This document shows positions 1 to 9,393 of a stretch of DNA of 62,386 bases, in pieces. The position numbers and the translations under genes were made by a program. The notes under the pieces were generated by a model. The model was not told the origin of the DNA. It made no database searches and saw only the letters and a program-made list of their open reading frames with translations. Position 1 is the stretch's first letter. The number at the start of each line of letters is the position of its first letter. This DNA is from Corallochytrium limacisporum Hawaii (taxonomy: Eukaryota > Protista > Pluriformea): assembly GCA_002811645.1 (NCBI GenBank), contig PDIP01000078.1, forward strand, positions 68,559 to 130,944, written 5' to 3'.

Positions 1-1878
1 TTTGTACGACTACGATGTGTTCAATGTCAAGCCAAAGTCAAAATAGTCCTTTTTTGAGAGTAGCAGGGACTCTTCGTTTGAATCAGCTATTGAAATATTT
101 GTGCATGATTGTTAAAAAGAGCAAAATATAATGAAATAGAATACAATCAATATAAATTATTATACAATCAAGATTGAAAAAGATCCTCGGGAGTCAAGTT
201 TTTCGGAGTTTTGACCCTGACATACCAGACAGAGGGTGGTACCTAAAACCGAAACGGTCCCCAGCGGTCACAGGGATTTAGAAAGAAATGGTCCCGCCCG
301 AAAAAGTATACCAGCGCAAGAAGTCTTTGAGTATTACCCACCGGTTGCGTCAAAGTAGCGGCCAAGTTATGTTGGTATTGCATATTAGATGCTTGTACTC
401 AAGCGACCCCGTATGCTCCGCGATATGGGCAAGGGCTGTTCAGACCGGGACAGCATATCAGGTCCACTCGCTTCGCAAACTGAACTAAGTTCACCTCTGC
501 TTTTTGTGCCGTCGCAAAGGGAACACAGCATAACAGGACGAGAGGACAGAGTTTAGAGATTTCGAGGCCGTCCGTCGTCGCGAGATCGCAGGGCTTGCAT
601 GTCCACAAACCTCGTAGTTGCTGTGACCCTCGGAGTAAACACCAGTGCCCGGGGCCGAGTACTTTTTGAAACAAGAGTGAACAGCTTCCGCGGTAAAGGA
701 AGACCAAACGATGACCAAGAATTCAGGTTTCTCCGCCGTTCAGCAGAGGAGCGATAAGGCGCTCTTTTATCTTTAACTGAATTGGGCTAGTACGGGTATT
801 GCATGACTGATGACGATACCATTGCCACGACACCCGAAGGAGTATGCGGACTCAAAACGGATAGAAGAGGTAGCTCTGCAGCTGCGAACACAATTATTCA
901 TCTCTCCCCAACCCCTGGTGTCGGCGCTTGTGGTGCCGAGAATTTCGTTGGGTTGCTCGCGCCTGGCTGGGCCGCAGTTTCCACACACAGCCCACGACCA
1001 GGACGGTCTTATTTGTCTCGCATTATCCTCGTATTTGTTGGTCCGGCTCGTGGGTCGGTTTCCATTGGAATGTCGTTTGCCCACTGATTGTCATAGCACT
1101 CCGCATCGGTTTTCTCGTCCGCCACCTCAGTCCTTCATATCCCCAACACACCACCAGAAGCGGCCGCCTCCTACACTGATGGTGATACCATTCGGTTAAA
1201 CAAAGGTCAAGTCCCCTTACACTGAGCGGACGATCGCTGGGGCAAGACGAATGGCCGGTTGTGCTCACAGAGAAAAGGGTTTGCTTTGTATTCCACATCA
1301 GCCGGGTCTTTGGGGGTGATTTGTGCTCTGTATCCATCGCCTCTCTGCACATTATGCCAGCCAGCTAAACATGATAGCCAATTCACTTTCTTATAAGATC
1401 TAAGAAGTGTATAAGGACGTCCAGCCATTGGTTGGGCCAACCTCGCTAGCATAAAATAACATGGCATTTTTGTGGATAAACCTGTCTTCTGGCTCACAGA
1501 GCAACCTATATTGTCCAAAAATACCATGCATTACTTTTGCTTCTGTGCCTTCACCAGAGCTGAACCAAAAGCGTCGTCGTCCATGGGCTTTGGGCATAGC
1601 ACATCTTGTACCGCATTCTGCCCAGAGCACATGTCGGATGCTGATTACAATCAGAGGTCATCTGAGCATGGTAGGAAGCATGATTGGGCCCATCAACGGG
1701 GCCACTTCTCTATAGAGATCATTATGTAATAACATGTGCTAATTTAGATGATGCTGTTGATCTAACCTTTCTATTGTGGACGGTTTATGGATGGTATGAT
1801 GCAGGGACAAGTCACTGACAAAGGAACGAATAGAGAATCAATTTGACTTATGAAGATAAATTATACAGCATTCAATGC

Positions 1879-2250
1879 TTAAGAGAAGAATTTGCTATCT
1901 GAACCACATAGATATGTTGATGAAGATGTGGTCAATTGGTTTCTAGCAGTGCGATGCTCAAATATCTTGGACTCTAGACCGGGCAGGCCGATCTGATCGC
2001 TACTTCGCCTTGAAAGAGTTAGCGAGGAGCTTCGTGACGACGAGTTAAAAGACTGACTCATACTTCGGCGCATACTATTTACAGAGAAACTTGACCCACT
2101 AGAGGAATTTGAGCCCCCTGGATGCTCAGATTCCTCGGCAATTATGTACATTTTACTCTCAGACAGACTCATTGAGGACGTGGTCAGCTTTTCCTGTGGT
2201 CGCAAAGTACAAAACTTTACAGTCACATAATTCCTCGTCTCAAATACCAT
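1879..2250 (-). CDS. Hypothetical small Ser-rich protein (123 aa)
   Basis: ATG-initiated ORF with a Ser-rich middle, a purine-rich leader upstream and an AT-rich 3' flank. No recognisable domain. Confidence 0.3.
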   Translation of the reverse strand: MVFETRNYVTVKFCTLRPQEKLTTSSMSLSESKMYIIAEESEHPGGSNSSSGSSFSVNSMRRSMSQSFNSSSRSSSLTLSRRSSDQIGLPGLESKIFEHRTARNQLTTSSSTYLCGSDSKFFS

Positions 2251-3632
2251 GCCTGCGATCTACTGAAGACAAGAAGCTTGGCTCTTGTGTTTGCTGTCCA
2301 ATTGTCCGTCAGTGCTGCCGTCATATCAGGGAGAGCCCTGCCGTGCTCACCATGCGCCAATTGCCTCGTCCGTACGCGGTTCCAGTTCTCCCTCCCCCTT
2401 CCCCACCCACTCACACCCCTGCCTGCTGCCTCAGCTCTTCCCCCCAATTTTCGTTTCCCCACCTCTTTGTCTCCACCGTTGTTTTTAGGTCTTCCCCTCT
2501 CTGGAGTTTCCTCGTCCTCGTTCATTTGTTTCATCTGTGTGCCACTCCCCTTTCCAGTGTGTGCATTGGTACACACATTTCCAGTCGTACTTCGGCTTAT
2601 CTTTTTGCTCTCCCCTCCCGCTCCCCTTTTCGACCCTTTCCCTCACGCGGGTCAGCCCTGCAGCTACCCAGAGCAACAGGCGAAATCTACCTGGTGGATG
2701 GACACTCTATTCCGTAACATCTGCAGAATCAGCAACAAGGGTTTTTGATTGGCCTGGGGGGGGGGCGGTAAGATGTTCTGAGTGTGGGGCGCTGAAAACG
2801 TGCCTCGTAATAATATGAGGCACCAAGCGGTCAAGAACATCCTACCGATAGCCAGTGATAATCTGTCTTAACCGTGCCACCGAGAACCTTATGCATCGTG
2901 AATCAGACTTTCGCCTCCTCCTGATTGTCTTGCAATGTATTACTCTACCGTTGCCCTATCATACCCCTCCACGGGCCGCCATTCCTTCATGCATTCATCC
3001 CACATTGGTACTGGGATGACATCAAGCGGTCAACATCAAAGCAAGAGATGACGGTTGGCGCCATGGTACACGACAGCATGTCATTTCCTACTAGGAGATA
3101 GTGAATATATTTGCAGTGTACACAGTGATTGTGACAGCCAAACGAGAGGTTGCTGCATAGACCAGGACATTTGGCCGCAGTGTTACGAACCTGGGCAAGA
3201 GCTACATCAACGACATAGAACAAACGGCACAAACTTTCTGATCCCAAAATCTCGAAAGAGATCTCAACCAGAGCAACTTACCGCCGGTTATTGGAATTGC
3301 ACGACCGTATAGCTGAATCTCTCGTTTCTTACGGTTGCTGTGTTCCTTCCCCCTTCCCTTGTTGCCTGACAGCTGCAAAAACCATTGACGCACAACTAAC
3401 AAATAGGCCCCCGTTTATTTGGATAGGGGCCTATTTTATGTGTCTCCCATGGTTGCCTTTTTCGGTGCCGTGACCGGCGATCCGTCCAACCGTGCGTAGA
3501 GAACAAAGGAACGAAACTCAATGAGTGGGTGCAGAAGGGGGGAGTGTGGGGGGGAGCCGCACTGGTGGTTTGGCAGCGCAGCTGCGCCCGCAAGCGCAAA
3601 CCCACCGGGCAGCAGCAGTAGCAGTGGGGGGG

Positions 3633-3861
3633 NNNNNNNNNNNNNNNNNNNNNNNNNNNNNNNNNNNNNNNNNNNNNNNNNNNNNNNNNNNNNNNNNNNN
3701 NNNNNNNNNNNNNNNNNNNNNNNNNNNNNNNNNNNNNNNNNNNNNNNNNNNNNNNNNNNNNNNNNNNNNNNNNNNNNNNNNNNNNNNNNNNNNNNNNNNN
3801 NNNNNNNNNNNNNNNNNNNNNNNNNNNNNNNNNNNNNNNNNNNNNNNNNNNNNNNNNNNNN
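3633..3861. other. Assembly gap (N run) flanked by G tracts on both sides
   Basis: Seen directly in the sequence. Confidence 0.99.
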
Positions 3862-4740
3862 NGGGGGGGACACACACACACTCTCTCCGCCCCGGTGATA
3901 TCGAGTCCTCCTCGGTGTAAAAGGCTCCGGACTGTGTACCGTGCCAAGGAGGACGACAAAGCAGCGGTCAAAGAAGACAGATAGGGGAGGTGCCTCTGAC
4001 CTATTTTTCTTTCTTTCTTGTCCCGCCCCCCGGGGGGGGGGCTTCGCCTCGACCCGCCTCCTCCGAGTCGGAGGAGTCAGTCAGGGTGCGGCGGGTCTTC
4101 GTCCGCACAGATGGCCCGGATTCCATCAGCCGGGGTTCACAGCCGTCCCGCGCTCATGAAACAAAGGAAAAATGAAGGAGGAGGAGGACGGGTGAAGAAC
4201 TTCCCTTATGCCTTAAAAATGGCTGGCCCCCCTGGTAGGGGGCCCTGCCGGGGAATGAAGAAGGGACCTGCGGCAATTAACTGGTGCTGACCGGATAGCG
4301 TGTCTGCTTGTATCACCACGTCCATACCCTACGACAGGGAAGGGAGCGATAATATGGTAGGATACTAAGTGTTCATCACACCCTGCGTCGGTGGGAGGGG
4401 GGCTATCGGTGGAAATTTGAGGACCGCATTGGGCTGGGTTGATAGACACTCTCACTTCATATGTCCTGTCAGTTGCAAGCGACTGGTACGAAAGGTGGTG
4501 ATATTGGTGCAATGGTATATGTAAGATGTGGTTTAATGTACTTTGTTTTCAAATGGATCAAAAAAGTTGGAATGGTGAAGTGCAACAAAAGGCATTCTTT
4601 CAGCTACGTGGGTCAAGACAGTGTCCTTTCGTCAGTCAGAAGCACAAATCGGTTGTAAGGTAACAGCATGTCATGATATTGTAATCGGAGGAACAAACAT
4701 AAAATTGCATAATGTAGAAAAGCTCAAGGAATCTTTTCAC

Positions 4741-6123
4741 ATGGTAGAGACGGAAGCCATGTCCAGCAAGGCGTATGTAGTCGCCAATGGCGATATCTCG
4801 ACACTATCAACGCAAGAAGAAGCAGAGAGCGGCGAGGCAGTATGTGGCGCGAAGGATATCAAATCTGAATTACAAGTCCCTGCAAAGCCAATGAAAGGGA
4901 TACTGAAGCGACGGGAACCGACCAATGAGGGCAGCGGTCTTAAGAATGTTATTCAACGCATCGGTGACAAGCTCACCGGCGACCCGGACCATGATGTCCT
5001 CAGCTGTGCGGAGTGTAGTGCTGGCACAGGGAGCTGTCAGAAGGCAGATGGACTGCTGTCCAAATTCTCCCGTGCGTTGGAGCGCACGAACGACGAACGG
5101 GCAATTCCCCCGGATATTATCCTCCCAGGCAAAATACCACTGAACATGCCACCGGCCAAGAGCAACCCAGATCGTTTCGATTATGAGCGACAGGAGCGAA
5201 TCAAGCGTCTTAACCGGTCGAAGACGTCGTGGTGGTCCAAGAATATTTGGGATGACATGCTGCAGAAGAGTTCACAGAAACATTCTCGTCAGAGAGGAGA
5301 GATCCTTACTACAACGCCGGCGTCCTTTGATGACACCCTCCTCGATAACGAGAATGTTAATCATCGTGATGGTCTATTTCCTCCACCTGTTAACTCCCAC
5401 AAGGGCCCAGATAGCAGGGGAAACACCACTAGGAGGCATGGCCATCGCAGAGCAGTGAGCGACTCGACTGCGATTCAGATTCAATCTGATCTCAAAGTCA
5501 TGGATGAAATGAACAAGGAGCAACAGCAGCTGGACCAGAACGAGGAATCATCGGAAGATGTGAACAGGGGCAGTAACCAGACAATCGCAACTATGGAGGA
5601 CAATGACAGCGTGGTGAACCGGACGAGCGGCGCAAGCCAGGGTTCCCTGAATGCCACCGCTGCAGCTGACAGTGGCAATGAAAGTGCATGTGACGGCACG
5701 GACAGCAGCACCTTCAAGCCCACTCTGCATGACCACAACAGCAATCCATTCCGACGACCACTCAGTCGCAGTCGACGACCAGTAACGATCCATGCCACGG
5801 TCCGGCGGCACAGAAAGCCGGATGATTCTTTGCCTTCTGTGCGGAGACGTAAGACGAAGAGGACTCCGACAAAAACTGTACACTTCACGGAAGATGAACC
5901 CGAAGAGCATGCGGTCTGGACCAAGGAAGAGTACGAGCGAGGTTTCTCAGACTTTGAAGACCTTTCGTCTCCACTTGAGGACGTGCATATTGCCACCACT
6001 TCAGATTTAGACGAGGAGTTTTTCTTGAGGTGGAAGACTCGCAAGGACTTGCTGCGTTTCAAGGTCTACGAGATGCAAGTACATCCAGACTCCCGACAGT
6101 ACATTGACTGGTCTGACATGTAA
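4741..6123 (+). CDS. Phactr/Bni4-like PP1 phosphatase-targeting protein
   Basis: C-terminus KTVHF...WTKEEYERG...RKDLLRFKVYEMQVHPDSRQY resembles the Phactr/Bni4 PP1-binding tail (RVxF, YD/ER, RKELNEFK..EMEVH..SR). SILK-type KGILK near the N-terminus; the rest is low-complexity. First in-frame ATG is 4741 (alternative 4759); the ORF track start at 4621 is GTG. Confidence 0.75.
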   Translation: MVETEAMSSKAYVVANGDISTLSTQEEAESGEAVCGAKDIKSELQVPAKPMKGILKRREPTNEGSGLKNVIQRIGDKLTGDPDHDVLSCAECSAGTGSCQKADGLLSKFSRALERTNDERAIPPDIILPGKIPLNMPPAKSNPDRFDYERQERIKRLNRSKTSWWSKNIWDDMLQKSSQKHSRQRGEILTTTPASFDDTLLDNENVNHRDGLFPPPVNSHKGPDSRGNTTRRHGHRRAVSDSTAIQIQSDLKVMDEMNKEQQQLDQNEESSEDVNRGSNQTIATMEDNDSVVNRTSGASQGSLNATAAADSGNESACDGTDSSTFKPTLHDHNSNPFRRPLSRSRRPVTIHATVRRHRKPDDSLPSVRRRKTKRTPTKTVHFTEDEPEEHAVWTKEEYERGFSDFEDLSSPLEDVHIATTSDLDEEFFLRWKTRKDLLRFKVYEMQVHPDSRQYIDWSDM

Positions 6124-6214
6124 CCAAACACATACGGAACAATTAACGAAATGCAAGTAAGAAAGTAAACCTGTATTGGTATCGTAAAATCATGGCAGCG
6201 CTTTTCCCACCCGA

Positions 6215-7504
6215 TCACAGCAGAGTCACGGCAAAGTTCTGGTCCAATTTAATCACTCCAAGCTGGCGCAGAACTTTGAGCTTAGCTTGTCCCGTAACCC
6301 CAGTGACCTTCAGCCCTTCACTGCTCAGGTCCTTCAAGGAAATCTTTACTGCTGGAGCCGCAAGCGCCACGTTCCGGAGACTGCGGCGGTTGCTGCCAGT
6401 TCGCATCCCTACCCTTCCCTGTGGAAGAGACAGTTCCCAAATTTTGCGATAAACGGCGTTGACCTCGGCAATGTGCAGACGACTACGGAGCACCTGGCTC
6501 ACGCCCTCAAATTCATCGTCGGTAATGGGTACGAAGCCATCGTTGGGGGCAGCTGTAGTAGCACTTTGCGGAGTCCGAGACACGCTGCGCGGTCGATCAC
6601 GGGAGGTTGATCGTTTGGAAGCCGACCGGCCCGGTGTGACCGCGGTGCTCGATGGGGTAAATGACCTCTTCGTCGACTTGGGTGCCTGATGATATGCAGG
6701 AGCCTCTTGCATATCATCAGGCACAGACAAGGAGGGAACAGAAATCGTGTTGAGATCGAACGGTTTCAAAGCGCCGGCCTCGTGGCGACGGCTACGGGTC
6801 TTGGCATTTGCCGGGTAGGCGGTCCACGCGACCCGCGCGTCGGACACCGACGGAGTGGCCTGTAGGTTTTCAGTGCTGAGGCCAGAGCGGGAGATAGGTG
6901 AAGTGAGGTAATCAGCGGCGTTGGCCCGGGCTTGCGGAGTAAGGGGCTGCGCCTCATGTAAACGGCGAGAGCTGGCGGGGGGCTTCCGCTCGGATCGGAA
7001 AATACGGGGGACTGACTTGCTCGTCAGCACGGGAGTGCCGTTGGTTCCCTGTTGAGACTGCGGTTGCTTGCTCTGAGGCAACATCATCGCCTCCGAGTCG
7101 GCAACACTGGTGTCCAGAGCAGACGGGTCGGAGCTGCGGATCGGAAAGCCCCAGAGCTGGACCATCTTCTTCAAGTTTGTAGGGTGATCTTCCCGTTCGG
7201 TGGTTGATGCCCTAGTGGTCTTGCTTGAAGCTGCCTCAATTCCGTAGACACCTAGTGCTTTGTTCACGCCACCATTAATCTGAAGAAGTTTGACTGCAAC
7301 TGTACGCAGGACCTGCTCTCGGGATCTTTCGAGGGCACTGTAGCGTTCCTTTAGATCCCGAATTCTCTGCGCAGCTGAGTCTAGGCGCTGCACCAAGTCA
7401 AAAGGATCCGGCACCGTGGTCTTCCGTGAAGACACGGCAAATCTCTGCTCAATGATTTTTCCTGCCTTTTCGAGGTCGGTTAGGATCTCGTTCAGAGCCA
7501 CCAT
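6215..7504 (-). CDS. Spindle and kinetochore-associated (SKA) complex subunit, SKA2-like
   Basis: N-terminal helical region (DLEKAGKIIEQRF...DPFDLVQRL) resembles SKA2. C-terminal FVPITDDEFEGVSQVLRSRLHIAEVNAVY...LKVLRQLG resembles the SKA1-type winged-helix domain (PFITCDEFNGVPSYMKSRL). First ATG is at 7504. Confidence 0.7.
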   Translation of the reverse strand: MVALNEILTDLEKAGKIIEQRFAVSSRKTTVPDPFDLVQRLDSAAQRIRDLKERYSALERSREQVLRTVAVKLLQINGGVNKALGVYGIEAASSKTTRASTTEREDHPTNLKKMVQLWGFPIRSSDPSALDTSVADSEAMMLPQSKQPQSQQGTNGTPVLTSKSVPRIFRSERKPPASSRRLHEAQPLTPQARANAADYLTSPISRSGLSTENLQATPSVSDARVAWTAYPANAKTRSRRHEAGALKPFDLNTISVPSLSVPDDMQEAPAYHQAPKSTKRSFTPSSTAVTPGRSASKRSTSRDRPRSVSRTPQSATTAAPNDGFVPITDDEFEGVSQVLRSRLHIAEVNAVYRKIWELSLPQGRVGMRTGSNRRSLRNVALAAPAVKISLKDLSSEGLKVTGVTGQAKLKVLRQLGVIKLDQNFAVTLL

Positions 7505-7825
7505 TTTGTCTTTTATATATCCCGTATAGGATGAGGACCCTTGAATTTCAGCGACCGTCCAAGTCCGTATCGTAATTCTGATCACTAGAACTGTGACGGT
7601 TGCTCGTTCATTGGTGGGAACTTCTGTTCTGTTCTCAACATGTCAACCTTCTTCAACCATTTCAACAAGCCTAAGAAAACCCGTAAACCAACCGGGGTAA
7701 GAGCGCAGCACTCGCGCACACGACCCCCGGCAGTCTCTCACCGCCGTGAGGGCCGTAGTGAATTCCTGCAGACCAGAAGTCCATGGTTCCAGTAGCAAAC
7801 GACAGCGAAGAATATTTTTCCAAAC

Positions 7826-7835
7826 TTTTGGCGCG
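7826..7835 (+). promoter_or_regulatory. E2F-type binding site TTTTGGCGCG in the divergent SKA2-like/RAD51D promoter
   Basis: Matches the TTTSSCGC consensus; the same 10-mer lies upstream of EXO1. Confidence 0.55.
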
Positions 7836-8081
7836 CAACCGAGGGGAGGGGGGCAGCCTGGGTTGGAAAGGGGGGCGGGTGAGTCTCGCACTGGCTCCCC
7901 CGCGTATTCCACCTCCGGTCGCCGTTGGAATTCCAGGAAGCATTGCGTCGTGGACATACTGGATCAGAACTTGACAACTGTGGCTATTTCAAGGGACTGC
8001 TATGCTCTTGTTCGAGTCTTCGTTTGTAGTAGAGCTAGCGGTGGAAAAATTTGTATCTGTGATAGTGACCATGGCCACAAT

Positions 8082-9227
8082 ATGAGAGTCGGCACTCTTC
8101 TCGGTACTGATGACCCCCGTCTGGTTGAGAATCTTGTTCTCAGCAATGCCGCTGAAGAGTGCCGTGAGGACATTGAGGGGATGGCGATGGCCACTGCTTC
8201 CTCTGATCTTGCCCATTTTGCAACACAGATTGGGTCAACAATTACTGGTTCTGATCTGATCAATGAAATCGAGCAGCAAGGGTGTGTAAGTACAGGATGT
8301 TCCGATCTGGACGACATTCTCGGAGGCGGTGGACTATGCACAGGCGAAATATACGAAATCTACGGTTTGCCAAATGTTGGAAAGACTCAGATTGCTTTGT
8401 CAGCGATGGCAAACTTGCTCCTAGACGAAGCCAGCAAAGACAGGGACATTGTCGTCATTGAGGGTATCCCGTCGTCTTTCCCAACAGGCCGGCTGGCGCA
8501 CCTTCTGCAGACACATACCAAGGCCAGAAAGACAGAGTCTAGCCTCAGCCGTCTACTTGACAGGGTCAAGATATACACTCCGTTCAATATCTATGAGCTC
8601 CTGCACCTGCTCTGGGACCTGCGGCATTTGAAACAGCAGAGTCAGAAAGGACCCTCCATGCCAGTGTCGATCGGCCTCGTTATCGTCGACGGCATCTTTT
8701 CGTTGCTGTCCCCTTTGCTCGGAGCAGAGCCATTTGGTCACTGTGTCATGGGTGAGGTCTGTGTCAGTCTCAGGGACCTCAGTCTGAGCCGCTCCGTGCC
8801 GGTTCTCTTACTGAATGCCGCAGTCACCGGCCGTACGACGGACGCCGACGACCTTCAGCCACCACGGACGTCGGCTATGGGAGGACCTCTGTGGCAGACG
8901 GTACCGGATCACCGTTTGGTCGTCGATAGTCCCAGGCACCCTGTGACAGTGTCTGAACAGTACGGCGGCAATTCGTCCTACTGTGAAATCTGGCTCGAAT
9001 CGACACGCTATCTGCGCTCCCCGGGTCATGTTCTCCCTATGATAATCTCCGATAAGGGTCTGCATGGACCATCGGATATTGATGGCGGTGGCGGTGATCG
9101 TGGCATGTCCCAACCACCGACACGGCCACAGTCGCAGCAGCCGCATCAGCAAAGTGGAGCAGGTCGGAGCCTGACACAGGAACTAATGGCTGCACAGATG
9201 TTGAGCAGTCAACTGTCAGACAGCTGA
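8082..9227 (+). CDS. RAD51D: DNA repair protein RAD51 paralogue D
   Basis: ITGSDLINE..STGCSDLDDILGGG.LCTGEIYEIYGLPNVGKTQ (Walker A), LVIVDGIFSLLSPLLG (Walker B plus the RAD51D-like SPLLG), G..WQTVPDHRL. First in-frame ATG is 8082. Confidence 0.85.
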   Translation: MRVGTLLGTDDPRLVENLVLSNAAEECREDIEGMAMATASSDLAHFATQIGSTITGSDLINEIEQQGCVSTGCSDLDDILGGGGLCTGEIYEIYGLPNVGKTQIALSAMANLLLDEASKDRDIVVIEGIPSSFPTGRLAHLLQTHTKARKTESSLSRLLDRVKIYTPFNIYELLHLLWDLRHLKQQSQKGPSMPVSIGLVIVDGIFSLLSPLLGAEPFGHCVMGEVCVSLRDLSLSRSVPVLLLNAAVTGRTTDADDLQPPRTSAMGGPLWQTVPDHRLVVDSPRHPVTVSEQYGGNSSYCEIWLESTRYLRSPGHVLPMIISDKGLHGPSDIDGGGGDRGMSQPPTRPQSQQPHQQSGAGRSLTQELMAAQMLSSQLSDS

Positions 9228-9393
9228 GAAGCCCTTTTAATGTTTCCAATGTATTACTTCTCCGAATAGTTAAAGAAAAGATTTCTACACGTTTCAAAAC
9301 CGAGAAGGAGTTCGAATTAGTACTAGTCTACTTGGATTCTTGTGTGTGATGCCACTTTCTTTGCGATGACAAATGATAACACATTTGATTTCT

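Noticed and set aside
288-1729. Several overlapping 60-130 aa ORFs
   Set aside because: No dominant frame or recognisable domain; could be decayed coding DNA but cannot be supported.
3401-3436. 11 bp perfect inverted repeat (AAATAGGCCCC / GGGGCCTATTT)
   Set aside because: An isolated hairpin with no associated transposase, target duplication or RNA-gene context.
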